The notes beneath the pieces were generated by a model. That model was not told where the DNA came from. It searched no databases and was given only the letters and a program-made list of their open reading frames with translations. Shown piece by piece: positions 1 to 9,740 of a stretch of DNA of 50,723 nucleotides (the first letter of the stretch is position 1; the number at the start of each line of letters is the position of its first letter). The translations under genes were made by a program, and so were the position numbers. Source of the stretch: an uncultured Bdellovibrionales bacterium (GTDB lineage Bacteria > Patescibacteriota > Minisyncoccia > Moranbacterales > UBA2206); NCBI GenBank assembly GCA_964547585.1, contig CAZJOI010000004.1, positions 1 through 50,723 of the forward strand, given 5' to 3'.

Positions 1-360
1 TTGGCTTATATCTGGCATTAGTGTTCTGTTGTTGGAGTGGGTATTTTCGGTCGGGAAGGTTTTTTGGGGTGGGATTACGGCATCAATGGGGGTTTCTTTT
101 GGGGAAACAAGAGAGTTCGTGATAATTGCACAAGAAACATCCTTAATGTCGCCTTGTACGTTGCGAAGCGCCCGTAAAATATAGAGTTTATACTTATTTT
201 CAAGCCATTCCTTGGCAAAGCCGTTGGGTACGCCAATACAAATGTGCCCATCTTTATTTGATAAAATGCAGGTGTTTTTAAACCAAGTAATAAAGTTAGC
301 CTTTGAAATAGAAATTTCTATTTCTCCGAGGGCTGCCTGCCAAAGTTCGTCATAAAGCAT
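1..360 (-). CDS. dnaA: Chromosomal replication initiator DnaA, N-terminal part (partial; continues beyond the window start)
   Basis: Open-ended ORF, so absent from the ORF track. The reverse complement of 1-360 reads MLYDELWQAALGEIEISISKANFITWFKNTCILSNKDGHICIGVPNGFAKEWLENKYKLYILRALRNV... with no stop. This is the DnaA domain-I pattern. It is divergent from rpmH, as at many origins. Confidence 0.8.
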   Translation of the reverse strand, partial: MLYDELWQAALGEIEISISKANFITWFKNTCILSNKDGHICIGVPNGFAKEWLENKYKLYILRALRNVQGDIKDVSCAIITNSLVSPKETPIDAVIPPQKTFPTENTHSNNRTLMPDISQ

Positions 361-429
361 AGTGGTAAAAAGATTTTTTAGCTGTAGTAAAAAGTATACC
401 AAAAAAAAAAGACAAAGACTAGGGCTCAA

Positions 430-461
430 AGTGGATAAAGATGTTGATAATTTGTTGATAG
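430..461. promoter_or_regulatory. Cluster of three same-orientation DnaA-box-like 9-mers (candidate oriC core) in the dnaA-rpmH spacer
   Basis: AGTGGATAA (430-438), TGTTGATAA (442-450) and TGTTGATAG (453-461), compared with TGTGGATAA (reverse complement of TTATCCACA), show 1, 1 and 2 mismatches. The flanks are AT-rich. Confidence 0.55.
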
Positions 462-593
462 TGTTTTTTGGTGTTAAAGAGAATCAGTATAAACAGGCTC
501 AATGCTAGGAATAATTGACTAGTTGCTTAATAATTGGTAAGCTTTAAATTAGTTAAAGCGAGTTAACAAGGGGATAAATTTTTATTTAAACGT

Positions 594-731
594 ATGAGCC
601 AAACATATAAACCCAAGAGCGGTAAAAGAAAAAAGAAGCATGGCTTTAGAAAAAAAAGTCAAACTAAAAACGGGAAGAATGTCTTAAAGAGAAGAAGGCA
701 AAAAGGCAGAAAAAAACTAACTACCGTCTAG
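594..731 (+). CDS. rpmH: 50S ribosomal protein L34
   Basis: 45-aa ORF, too short for the ORF track: [45 protein letters not shown]. This is the L34 signature (HGFR...KNG..VL.RRR.KGRK.L). It sits directly upstream of rnpA. Confidence 0.9.
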   Translation: MSQTYKPKSGKRKKKHGFRKKSQTKNGKNVLKRRRQKGRKKLTTV

Positions 732-781
732 TTCCTATAATAGTTTTGGACAAGAATGCTCAAAACTGTTGTTTAAAAGAG

Positions 782-1120
782 ATGTTTTTATTAAAAAACA
801 GACTAAGAAAAAAAGAAGAATTTGAAAATGTTTATAAAAAAGGGAAGTTTTCTTTATATGAAAATATTACTCTTAAGTTTGTTAAAAATAAACTAGGTTA
901 TTCTAGGGTAGGCCTTGTGGTAAGCGGAAAGTTTTCAAAAAAAGCTGTCGAGAGAAATAAGATAAAAAGACAGCTGGGCAATATTTTACAAAAAAATAAA
1001 TCTTTCTTGAGAGCTGGAATAGATATTGCGGTCATTCCGAAAAAAAAAGAAAAACTGACCTACCAAGAATTGCAAAAAAATACAGACGAAGCCCTTAAAA
1101 GAGCCAAAATAATTAGCTAA
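782..1120 (+). CDS. rnpA: Ribonuclease P protein component
   Basis: The sequence LKNRLRKKEEFENVYKKGK...AVERNKIKRQL is the RnpA pattern, in the conserved rpmH-rnpA-yidC order. The first ATG is at 782; the ORF-track start at 746 is a TTG. Confidence 0.85.
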   Translation: MFLLKNRLRKKEEFENVYKKGKFSLYENITLKFVKNKLGYSRVGLVVSGKFSKKAVERNKIKRQLGNILQKNKSFLRAGIDIAVIPKKKEKLTYQELQKNTDEALKRAKIIS

Positions 1121-1130
1121 AAATAAGAAA

Positions 1131-1925
1131 ATGATGGGAATTTTTGATTTATTTGTCTATAATCCTGTTTATAATTTATTGATTTTTGTTTATTCGGTCT
1201 TTTCTTTTCGTGACTTTGGGATAGCGATCGTTATTGTTACCTTGGTAATAAAATTTTTACTGATTCCTCTCAGTAAAAAACAAATTGAATCGCAAAAAAA
1301 GATGCAAGAACTTCAGCCAAAGATAAAAGAAGTTCAAGAAAAATATAAAAATGACAAGGAAAAGCAAAGCCGAACTCTTCTGGAGCTCTATAAGGAAAAC
1401 AAAACAAATCCTTTCTCTGGTTGCCTACCCTTGGTTGTACAATTGATTTTTTTAATTGCTATCTATAGAGTGCTTTTTAATATCTCAAGTGCCGGTCTTA
1501 AGGTTGATCTAGGCGCTTTATATTCTTTTGTCCCAGATCCAGGTCAAATCAATAAAATGTTTTTAGGGATAATTGATCTTTCTTCGACATTAAATATCAG
1601 CAATTTGGCATTTAGGGATGTGCCGCACATAATTCTTGTTTTGTTGGCTGCCGGTTCTCAGTATTTTCAGACCAAAATGCTCATGGTAACTAAAAAAGAA
1701 GAAAATAAAAACAAAAAACAAACCGATGGTAAACCAGATTTTTCAGAGATTATGACCAAGCAAATGCTCTATCTGGGGCCTCTTTTGACGCTTTTTATTG
1801 GGGTAAAGTTTCCGGCTGGGCTGGCCCTGTATTGGTTTATTTCTACGGGTTTTATGATAGCTCAGCAATATTATTTGACTAAAAATACTGAAAAAATCAC
1901 AAAAGTCGCGGATAAAAAAGGGTAA
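1131..1925 (+). CDS. yidC: Membrane protein insertase YidC (short, Gram-positive-like form)
   Basis: Multi-TM protein with LLIPLSKKQIESQKKMQELQPKIKEVQEKYKNDKEK and GCLPLVVQLIFLIAIY motifs. Synteny with rnpA and jag. Confidence 0.9.
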   Translation: MMGIFDLFVYNPVYNLLIFVYSVFSFRDFGIAIVIVTLVIKFLLIPLSKKQIESQKKMQELQPKIKEVQEKYKNDKEKQSRTLLELYKENKTNPFSGCLPLVVQLIFLIAIYRVLFNISSAGLKVDLGALYSFVPDPGQINKMFLGIIDLSSTLNISNLAFRDVPHIILVLLAAGSQYFQTKMLMVTKKEENKNKKQTDGKPDFSEIMTKQMLYLGPLLTLFIGVKFPAGLALYWFISTGFMIAQQYYLTKNTEKITKVADKKG

Positions 1926-1977
1926 CTGTTTAATTTGAACCCCACATCTTTGAAAAAGATAAGGGGCAAGTAATCTC

Positions 1978-2472
1978 ATGAAAACTCAAGAACAAAAAGA
2001 TTTAACTGAAGATGTAATAAAAAAAACCATTCAGTCTCTTGTTGAAAAAATGGGCTTTTCTTGTGAAGCAGAGATAATTGAGGATCAAAATCAAGAAAGT
2101 ATTGAAAAAACCTTAATTTGTAATATAAAAACCAAGGAATCCAACTTTTTAATTGGACAATATGGTATAAACTTGCAATCCCTTCAGCACATTGGCAGAA
2201 TAATGATTAAACAAAAGATTGAGCAAAGAATCAACTTTATTTTAGATGTAAATTCATATCGGCAAGAAAAGAATTCCTCCATAATAAGATTGGCAACTGA
2301 AATGGCCGAGCAGGCTTTGTGCGAGAGAAGATCGGTTGTTCTGCGACCAATGTCTCCCTATGAAAGAAGGATTGTTCATCTGGAGTTAAGTAAAAACGAC
2401 CAGGTTAAGACAGAAAGCGTTGGAGAAGGAGAAAACAGAAAGGTCGTTATTAAGCCAGCCGATTTGGCTTAA
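1978..2472 (+). CDS. jag: Jag/KhpB-like KH + R3H RNA-binding protein
   Basis: C-terminal R3H motif (RPMSPYERRIVHLELSKNDQVKTESVGEGENRKVVIKP). Located downstream of yidC. Confidence 0.85.
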   Translation: MKTQEQKDLTEDVIKKTIQSLVEKMGFSCEAEIIEDQNQESIEKTLICNIKTKESNFLIGQYGINLQSLQHIGRIMIKQKIEQRINFILDVNSYRQEKNSSIIRLATEMAEQALCERRSVVLRPMSPYERRIVHLELSKNDQVKTESVGEGENRKVVIKPADLA

Positions 2473-2495
2473 TTGTCTTTTGATAAAATATACTT

Positions 2496-3938
2496 ATGGC
2501 AGTAGCTAAAAAAATAGCTTATAACGTAGTTGTTAGTAGTGTTTCCAAGGCGCTAGCAACTGTTTTAGCGCTTGTTTCAATTGGATTTATCACGCGCTAC
2601 TTGGGCAAAGAGGGGTTTGGAGACTATGCTACTCTCTTGGCATTCCTGGCCTTTTTTACGGCCATTGCCGATCTGGGACTTTATCATATTTCGACTCGAG
2701 AAATTTCACGGGTTGGGGCTAATGAAGAAAAAGTAATTGGAAATATTTTTTCTTTAAGATTAATTGCGTCTCTTTTTGTGGTGATTATTTCTCCGATAAT
2801 AATTTTCTTTTTGCCATACCCGCTTATAGTTAAGCAGGGTATTTTTATTGTGGCGCTTTCTTTTTTGTTTTCTTCCTCCTACCAAATGCTTAATGGCGTT
2901 TTTCAGAAAAATTTGGCCATGGATAGAGTTGTTTTGGCGGAGCTTATTGGAAAGATTATTCAGGTTATAGTTATTATTATATCGGTTAAGCTTAAGCTGA
3001 GTTTGCTTTGGATTATTTCTTCTCTGCTCTGCTATATGATTGTGAGCTTTTCTATTGTATTTTTTTGGTCGAAAAGATATATTCGATTTAAGCTGCAATT
3101 TGATTTCGATTATTGGAAGGATTTTTTAAAGGAGTCCTTGCCAATGGGCGCGGTGGCCATTATTACTTTTATGTATTTTAAAATGGATACCCTTATGCTT
3201 TCTTTTATGAAGAGCAATGCAGACGTGGGTATTTATAATGCGGCTTATAAGGTTTTGGAAAATATAACCTTTTTTCCGGCTATGGTGGCGGGACTAATGA
3301 TGCCAATTTTTTCCAAAAACATATTTTTAAACAGAAAAGAGTTTGAAATTGTTGCCAACAAAACATTTAAGTTCTTTCTTGTGATTGTCATTCCTCTGAT
3401 TGTCGGTGTTCTTTTTTTGTCAGATGGAGTTATCGGAGTTATTAGTGGGTCGGGTTTTTCGGAATCGGCTAGTGTTCTGCGAATTTTGGTTTTTGCGTTA
3501 GCACTCATATTTTTCGGGCATTTTTTTAATATAATTTTAATTGTAGGAAATTTGCAAAAAAAACTTATGTTGATTTTATCTTTGGCGGCAGTAGTCAATA
3601 TTTCTTTAAATTATTTTTTCATTCCCAAATTTTCTTATCTGGCTTCGGCTTGGACCTCAGTTTTAACAGAACTTATTGTGGTTATTTTTACAGCGATAAT
3701 GGTCTTTATTAAAATTAAATATTTTCCTCGAGTCGAAAAAATTTGGGGGCTTCTTTTGGCGGGCATTTTAATGGGGGTATTTTTAGCAGTTTTTAGAAAC
3801 CTTAACTTCTTTGTGCTTATTTTGAGTAGCACGGCCATATACTTTGTCTTTATTTGGATTTTTGATGTTGTAAAAACTTCTGAAATAATTAGCTTAATTA
3901 GTAAAAAAGGGATACAAGAATATGAAGAGTTGTCCTAA
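2496..3938 (+). CDS. Polysaccharide/oligosaccharide flippase (Wzx/MOP superfamily-like)
   Basis: 480 aa with about 12-14 hydrophobic segments. N-terminal pattern ...VSKALATVLALVSIGFITRYLGKEGFGDY is typical of Wzx-type flippases. Followed by glycosyltransferases. Confidence 0.75.
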   Translation: MAVAKKIAYNVVVSSVSKALATVLALVSIGFITRYLGKEGFGDYATLLAFLAFFTAIADLGLYHISTREISRVGANEEKVIGNIFSLRLIASLFVVIISPIIIFFLPYPLIVKQGIFIVALSFLFSSSYQMLNGVFQKNLAMDRVVLAELIGKIIQVIVIIISVKLKLSLLWIISSLLCYMIVSFSIVFFWSKRYIRFKLQFDFDYWKDFLKESLPMGAVAIITFMYFKMDTLMLSFMKSNADVGIYNAAYKVLENITFFPAMVAGLMMPIFSKNIFLNRKEFEIVANKTFKFFLVIVIPLIVGVLFLSDGVIGVISGSGFSESASVLRILVFALALIFFGHFFNIILIVGNLQKKLMLILSLAAVVNISLNYFFIPKFSYLASAWTSVLTELIVVIFTAIMVFIKIKYFPRVEKIWGLLLAGILMGVFLAVFRNLNFFVLILSSTAIYFVFIWIFDVVKTSEIISLISKKGIQEYEELS

Positions 3939-4797
3939 GGTGTTTATTGTGATTTTAAATTATAATGGCAAGAATGTAATTAAAAAATGTTTGACCAGTG
4001 TTTTTAAGATTGATTATCCTAACTTCGAAGTCGTCATTGTGGATAATAATTCCACAGATGGGTCCTTTGAAATTGCCAAAAGTACTTTTTCCAAGGCAAG
4101 CTTTATCAAAAATGAAGAAAATCTTGGTTTTTCTGCTGGCAATAATAGGGGCATTCGCTTTGCTATTGAAAGAATGGCAGACTACGTGCTTGTTTTAAAC
4201 CCAGATACGGAGGTTGAAAAAGATTTTTTAAAAAAGCTTATAGACGAGGGAGAAAAAAATAGCCAAACGGGCATCTTAAGCCCTGTAATTTTTAAAGGAG
4301 AAACGAAAGAAGTCTGGTTTTCTGGAGGGACAATAAGTTGGCTAAGAATGAAATCCATACACGAAAAGGACATAAAGAAAAAAGAAAGCTACGAAACAGA
4401 ATTTCTAACTGGTTGTGCAATGCTGATTAAGGCAGAGGTTTTTAAAAAAAACGGTCTTTTCGATGAAAACTTCTTTCTTTATTGGGAGGATGCTGATTTT
4501 AGTCGAAGAGCTTGGAATACTGGATTTAAAAACGTAGTTGTGTCCACTAGCTGGATTTATCATTCCGAAGAAAGCGAAAAAAATAATAAAAACAAAGTTT
4601 ATTGGTTAGTTTTTTCTGGGCTACTTTTTTTTAGAAAAAACACTCCTTCCTTTTTGCGATTGTGGATATCCGTTTTTGTTTTTTTGCGAAAGATTAAAAA
4701 CAAAAGCGACATTTTAAGAAGAAAAGGAAATCAGGAGGTTTCTAGGATGGTGCAAAGTGCTTATGTTGATTTTGATAAAGCAAAAGACGGTTTTTAG
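3922..4797 (+). CDS. Family 2 glycosyltransferase
   Basis: VFIVILNYNGK...VVIVDNNSTDGS...NLGFSAGNNRG...LNPDTEV...GCAMLIK...FFLYWEDADFSRR are GT2 signatures. Confidence 0.9.
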   Translation: MKSCPKVFIVILNYNGKNVIKKCLTSVFKIDYPNFEVVIVDNNSTDGSFEIAKSTFSKASFIKNEENLGFSAGNNRGIRFAIERMADYVLVLNPDTEVEKDFLKKLIDEGEKNSQTGILSPVIFKGETKEVWFSGGTISWLRMKSIHEKDIKKKESYETEFLTGCAMLIKAEVFKKNGLFDENFFLYWEDADFSRRAWNTGFKNVVVSTSWIYHSEESEKNNKNKVYWLVFSGLLFFRKNTPSFLRLWISVFVFLRKIKNKSDILRRKGNQEVSRMVQSAYVDFDKAKDGF

Positions 4798-4876
4798 GAC
4801 ATTACTTTCTCGGGATACAGGATGATTTTTTGGCAAGTAGTAATGTTTAGAAATAAAACTAGAAAAAACTCTTTTT

Positions 4877-5665
4877 ATGGCTGAAAAAATATCTATCATC
4901 GTTATAAATTATAAAAGCAAAAAAAATCTTTTGCTGTGCCTTAAGTCTTTGGAGAAGTTTTTAATAGGGCTTAGCTATGAAATTATTATAGTTAATAATG
5001 ATAAGGAGGAATCTTTAGGCGAAATCAGGGAAAGTTTTTCCGAAGTTAAAATAATAGAACAAAATAAAAACATTGGCTTTGGTTGTGCGGTCAATGCGGG
5101 AGCTAAAATAGCTGAAGGAGAGATTCTTTTTTTTCTAAATCCAGATACAGAGATGGTTGCAGGTAAATTACAGGACATTGGGAATCAATTTATTGACAAT
5201 GAAAACGCAGGTATTTTGGGTTGCCGGATAGTTGACGCAAGAGGCCAAACTCAACCCTGGATCTCTGGAGTGAAAAAAGATTTTTGGGATCTTTTGAAAA
5301 ATAATTTAGGACTGAGAAAAAGTCAAAAAATATGGGAGGCTCGGAAAAAAATCGAAGCTGACTGGGTGGCTGCGACAGCTATGTTTATAAAGAAAGATTT
5401 GTTTGATAGACTAGGGGGCTTTGATGAAAATATTTTTATATACTTTGAGGATGTAGATCTTTGCGAAAGAGCTCGAGGTCTGGGCAAAAAAGTGATCTAC
5501 TTTCCTGAGTTCGTGGTCAAGCACATAAGCGGCGCAAGCTTCGAAAACAAAAAAAATCAAAAAAGATATTATCATATTTCTCAAGAATATTTTTTTCAAA
5601 AGCATTGTCAAAAATGGGAAGCAACTATTATTAAACTGATTGGCAAAATATTCTATGCTCTATAA
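4877..5665 (+). CDS. Family 2 glycosyltransferase
   Basis: ISIIVINYKSK...IIIVNNDK...NIGFGCAVNAG...LNPDTEM...FIYFEDVDLCERA are GT2 signatures. Confidence 0.9.
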   Translation: MAEKISIIVINYKSKKNLLLCLKSLEKFLIGLSYEIIIVNNDKEESLGEIRESFSEVKIIEQNKNIGFGCAVNAGAKIAEGEILFFLNPDTEMVAGKLQDIGNQFIDNENAGILGCRIVDARGQTQPWISGVKKDFWDLLKNNLGLRKSQKIWEARKKIEADWVAATAMFIKKDLFDRLGGFDENIFIYFEDVDLCERARGLGKKVIYFPEFVVKHISGASFENKKNQKRYYHISQEYFFQKHCQKWEATIIKLIGKIFYAL

Positions 5666-6914
5666 ACTTTTTTTAATTCTTTGCATCTTACTTCCTTTTC
5701 AGATAGCGCTTAATCCGACAGAGGGAGTTGACTTAGCTTCTGTTAGAATTTTTGTTTTATTGCTTTTCTTTTCCTGTTTGGCAGAAGGATTAAAAAACAA
5801 AAAACTAAAAATTCCATTTAACATTAGAACTGGACTAATTTTTTCCTTTCTTTTTTTGAACACATTTTCAGTTTTTGTAGCCAGAAACAGTGATTGGTCA
5901 ATTCGAAAGTTAATGTTTCTTTTTTCCATTTTTCCTATTTATTTTGTGGCAGTATATTTAATAAACAGCAAAAAAAGATTGGTTACTGCTACCAAGTGGA
6001 TTGTTTCTGGTGGAACGCTGGTGGCCTTTTTAGGTATAGCTCAGTTTTTAGCACAGTTTGTTTTTGGTCTAGAGCGTGTTTATAAATTCTGGGCGGACCA
6101 CATAATCGTGCCCTTTTTGGGAAAGACGTTTGCCCTAGCAGTTTTGCAAAATCCTAGCTGGTTAGTCAATATTTCAGGGAAGACTTATTTGCGGTCCACA
6201 GCTACCTTCCCAGACCCTCATATGCTGTCTTTTTTTCTGGGAATTATTTTATCTTTGGCTCTGACTCTTTTTTTAGTAGAGAAGAAAAAATTTTTTTATG
6301 GTTCTATTTCTCTTGTTTTAGTAATTGCGGATATGTTAACTTTTTCGAGGGGTGGATATTTAGGAATAGCCATTGGCATAATTTTTTTGGTAGTTTTTTT
6401 CTGGAAAAGAATTGATTTGCGAATGAGAATAATCTTTATTGCCATTTGTTTTTTGGTCGGGTTGATCTCGACAATTCCTAATCCGATTTCTGGAAGATAT
6501 GCTTCTATTTTTAATCTTAGGGAAGGTTCGAATATGGGGCGAATCGAGATTTGGCAAAAAACACTTAGTATAATCGAAAATAAGCCCTGGCTAGGTGTTG
6601 GCATTGGTAATTATTCTCTTGAAATAAAGCCTACAGCGGCCTACAGGGAGCCTTTCTATGCCCACAACACATATTTGGACATAGCAGCCGAAACGGGTGT
6701 AGGTAACGCATTTGTTTGGATTGGCATTCTCTTTCTTTTTTGGCGAGCTTTTAAAAGAAAAGCTCAAAAAGAAGTGTTCTTTTTGGGTCCAGCACTAGCC
6801 ATTGTTATTTTTGCTACACACTCATTGGTTGAAACAGCCATATATTCCTCCACCGTCCTAGTTTTGTTTTTGATTGTTCTTAGTTTTAGTAATATTAAAT
6901 CAGATGAAGCTTAG
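5655..6914 (+). CDS. O-antigen ligase / polymerase-like (Wzy_C-type) polytopic membrane protein
   Basis: About 10 TM segments. The FSRGGYLGIAIG motif and a periplasmic loop ...GVGIGNY...YAHNTYLDIAAETG are typical of the O-antigen ligase family. The first ATG is at 5655, overlapping the upstream stop by 11 nt. Confidence 0.75.
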   Translation: MLYKLFLILCILLPFQIALNPTEGVDLASVRIFVLLLFFSCLAEGLKNKKLKIPFNIRTGLIFSFLFLNTFSVFVARNSDWSIRKLMFLFSIFPIYFVAVYLINSKKRLVTATKWIVSGGTLVAFLGIAQFLAQFVFGLERVYKFWADHIIVPFLGKTFALAVLQNPSWLVNISGKTYLRSTATFPDPHMLSFFLGIILSLALTLFLVEKKKFFYGSISLVLVIADMLTFSRGGYLGIAIGIIFLVVFFWKRIDLRMRIIFIAICFLVGLISTIPNPISGRYASIFNLREGSNMGRIEIWQKTLSIIENKPWLGVGIGNYSLEIKPTAAYREPFYAHNTYLDIAAETGVGNAFVWIGILFLFWRAFKRKAQKEVFFLGPALAIVIFATHSLVETAIYSSTVLVLFLIVLSFSNIKSDEA

Positions 6915-8097
6915 TGTAATTAAAAAAAATTATTTAGAAAGAGTTAATTTGGAAAATTGGCTATGCCTTTCTATTTTTTTGTTGCCAACTTATCTGATAA
7001 AGGTGGATATTTTTATTTTTCCAACAAATATTTTAGAAATTATAATAGCCGTCGGATTTTTTTGGTGGTTTTTAGATAGAAAGCACACCTTCTCTTTCAG
7101 AACTGCGCAGATAAAGTATACAAAATATCTGCTGCCACTGGGATTAATTTTCTTTGGGTTAATCACAGGGACTATTTTAAGTGGAAATTATCGTGTGGGC
7201 CTGGGCATAATTAAAGGCTGGTTTATTTTTCCTCTTTTGTTTTTGTTCGTTTCCTCGGAGATTCTAGATAGCCAAAAATTGAAAAGGCTTTTCCAATGGT
7301 TTTATTTTTCAGCTCTAACAATTGCCTTGGTCTCCGTTGGCTATTGGTTTTTTGGCCAAATGACATTTGATGCCAGGCTCAAGGCTGTTTTTAATTCTCC
7401 TAATTACTTGGCAATGTATTTGTCGCCAGCTATAGCCATTGGGTTGGTCTTATTTCGAGAAAATAAAAAATTCTATTTTGCGTCGCTGGGCTTGATTTTT
7501 TTAGTCATTTTTTTTACTTATTCTTTTTCTGCTTGGATAGCAGTTGCCGCTTCTTCCATAGTGACCATTTTTTTGACTAAGGGAGTCAGCAAAAGAACTT
7601 TATGTGGGTTAGCTGGTATTATTTTATTTATTTTAATTTCATTTTTTGTTTTTGAATTAAAAAATAAAAAAGTGCAAGATGTTGTTTCTTTTTCTGAACG
7701 ATCTTCTGTGTCTTCACGATTAATGATATGGAGGACGGCCGAAAAATTGATTCAAGATAATGTTTTTTGGGGAATTGGCCCCGGAAACTTCCAAAATAAA
7801 TATTTGGAATATCAAAAATTTTACCCACCCTATTTGGAGTGGGCGGTTCCGCACCCGCACAATATATTTTTGGCTTTTTGGCTCTATTCTGGGATAACTG
7901 GGCTTTTTGGTTTTTTGTTTTTGTTGAGCATCTTCTTCAGAGAATTTTTTAAAGAACAAAAAAACGCCCTAAAGTTTATGGCGTTGGGTATGATGATTAT
8001 TTTTCTTGTCCAAGGTCTTGCGGATACGACTTACTTTAAAAATGATTTGGCAATAATTTTTTGGTTAGCTTGCTTGGGGATGATGAAAAAACTATAG
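6904..8097 (+). CDS. Second O-antigen ligase-like (Wzy_C-type) membrane protein
   Basis: Polytopic. YSFSAWIAVAASS...WGIGPGNF...HPHNIFLAFWLYSGITG matches the same family pattern. The ATG at 6904 overlaps the upstream stop by 11 nt. Confidence 0.7.
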   Translation: MKLSVIKKNYLERVNLENWLCLSIFLLPTYLIKVDIFIFPTNILEIIIAVGFFWWFLDRKHTFSFRTAQIKYTKYLLPLGLIFFGLITGTILSGNYRVGLGIIKGWFIFPLLFLFVSSEILDSQKLKRLFQWFYFSALTIALVSVGYWFFGQMTFDARLKAVFNSPNYLAMYLSPAIAIGLVLFRENKKFYFASLGLIFLVIFFTYSFSAWIAVAASSIVTIFLTKGVSKRTLCGLAGIILFILISFFVFELKNKKVQDVVSFSERSSVSSRLMIWRTAEKLIQDNVFWGIGPGNFQNKYLEYQKFYPPYLEWAVPHPHNIFLAFWLYSGITGLFGFLFLLSIFFREFFKEQKNALKFMALGMMIIFLVQGLADTTYFKNDLAIIFWLACLGMMKKL

Positions 8098-9219
8098 GCT
8101 CATTTTGTAAAGCCGATTGTCAATACGATTCACAAAGAAAAGAAAACTTTCATTGGAGTTGAGAAAAAGACTAGTAACATCAAGCTGGCCTTTTATTTTA
8201 TCTAAATCCACTAATCTTGTTTTTTCTCCAGTGGTTATGTCGACTCTCCAAAAAGTATCGGTGGTGGATATCTTCCCGTTTATGTAGTCATTAGGCAAGA
8301 TAGAATTATCCGGAATAGATCCGGGCAAGGCATAGTAAATTGTTTTGTTGTCCTTAGACCAAATGCATTTTGAGGCAAACGTCGGAATATTAAGGGCTCG
8401 GTAATCTTTCCCTTGGTTATTCAAGAGGTAGAGAGAATTTTTCGTTCCACCCTTTTTATCAGAACTGCTAAATAAAACATAATTACCGTCATTGCTCCAG
8501 AGATAGTCAGTTCCAAAATTTCCACTAAAGAGAGTTTTAGTTTCCCCTCCGAGAATAGAGACTGTTCCTAGGATCGTCTCCGTGTTTGCGTCAGGTGAAT
8601 TCCAAACGGAAAGTAATCCCGATTTGGGTATGGGGGTCATGGAAATATACTTTGTGTTTATGGGTGTTAACTTGGTCCAATTTTTCCCATTGGGATCGGA
8701 AATATTTAGAGATCCGCTTTTTGTCGTAGAGTCAAAATATTTATAGATTATTCTAGAATCACTTTGCCAAGTAACTGCATCAATATTTCCGCTCAGTAAA
8801 GATCCGGTCGAAGTACTGTAGTCATAAAAACCAAACTGAGAGTAACCGCTTAAAAACTTAGTCTTGGTTATAACCTTGTTTTTGTCGGGAGACCAGAGAA
8901 CACTTTCGAGCCCCGGCAATGTTTTTTCAGAGAGAGTTTTTTTATTATTGCCATCTAAGTCTGTTTGATAGGCTTTGCCGTCATTTTTTGAATAATATTT
9001 AACATTGGATCCGTCGCCTGTGAGGGTTGGGGCTAAAACAGGACCATCGGAAATGGCAGTTATCAAAGAGTTACTTTTATTTACATTAACGGCGGCACTT
9101 TGTGTTGACTGAATTGGCAGGGAATCTTTTTTAAAAGCAAAAAGATAGATCCCTCCAAAAAAAAGGATAACCAAAAGCAAAGAGGAGGATATAATAAATA
9201 TTTTTTTAAGAAGAGACAT
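8092..9219 (-). CDS. N-terminally anchored beta-propeller protein with PD40/TolB-like repeats
   Basis: One N-terminal TM segment. Repeated W-S-P/N/K-D motifs (WSPDKNKV, WNSPDANT, WSNDGNYVLFSS, WSKDNKTIYY) resemble TolB/PD40 blades. Confidence 0.65.
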   Translation of the reverse strand: MSLLKKIFIISSSLLLVILFFGGIYLFAFKKDSLPIQSTQSAAVNVNKSNSLITAISDGPVLAPTLTGDGSNVKYYSKNDGKAYQTDLDGNNKKTLSEKTLPGLESVLWSPDKNKVITKTKFLSGYSQFGFYDYSTSTGSLLSGNIDAVTWQSDSRIIYKYFDSTTKSGSLNISDPNGKNWTKLTPINTKYISMTPIPKSGLLSVWNSPDANTETILGTVSILGGETKTLFSGNFGTDYLWSNDGNYVLFSSSDKKGGTKNSLYLLNNQGKDYRALNIPTFASKCIWSKDNKTIYYALPGSIPDNSILPNDYINGKISTTDTFWRVDITTGEKTRLVDLDKIKGQLDVTSLFLNSNESFLFFVNRIDNRLYKMSL

Positions 9220-9223
9220 AAAT

Positions 9224-9715
9224 TTATTTAGATAGGGGCAATGCGAGGCTATTTGAGCAGAAACTCAGGCCATAATTTTTAGCAGCAGATTCTTCGATGG
9301 TGTTTGATACGGTTAGAGAAACATCGAGCAGACAGGCCTGCTCTTTGGTTATACCTAATTTTTTAAGAAAAGAGTCCTCGGCGTTTTTTCGGCTCGTAAC
9401 TAGTGCGGCGGCATTCTTTAGGTAGATTAGAAAACTTTTTTTATTGTTATAATTATATGCAAGTATATCAAAATTTTCATTCGTCTCCATGAGAACGTCT
9501 TTCTCGCTAAGAATAGTAGAAGATGTGTCTTTGTAGTAATTATTTACAGGAATGTTGCTCTTTTCTGTCGGTATTATTATTTGTGTGTTTGTCAAGACAT
9601 TGTCTGATGGTATTGGCACAACAGAATTTTGTTTATTTTTAAAAAATAAAACAATAAACAGCGAAATGGCCAAGATGACAAGGACGGCAAATGAAATCAA
9701 AATCCATTTTTTCAT
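9224..9715 (-). CDS. Hypothetical membrane-anchored protein
   Basis: 163-aa ORF with an N-terminal TM segment (WILISFAVLVILAISLFIVLFF). Tightly packed in the operon. Confidence 0.6.
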   Translation of the reverse strand: MKKWILISFAVLVILAISLFIVLFFKNKQNSVVPIPSDNVLTNTQIIIPTEKSNIPVNNYYKDTSSTILSEKDVLMETNENFDILAYNYNNKKSFLIYLKNAAALVTSRKNAEDSFLKKLGITKEQACLLDVSLTVSNTIEESAAKNYGLSFCSNSLALPLSK

Positions 9716-9740
9716 ATTTTTAAATTAAAAAAGGTATTAA

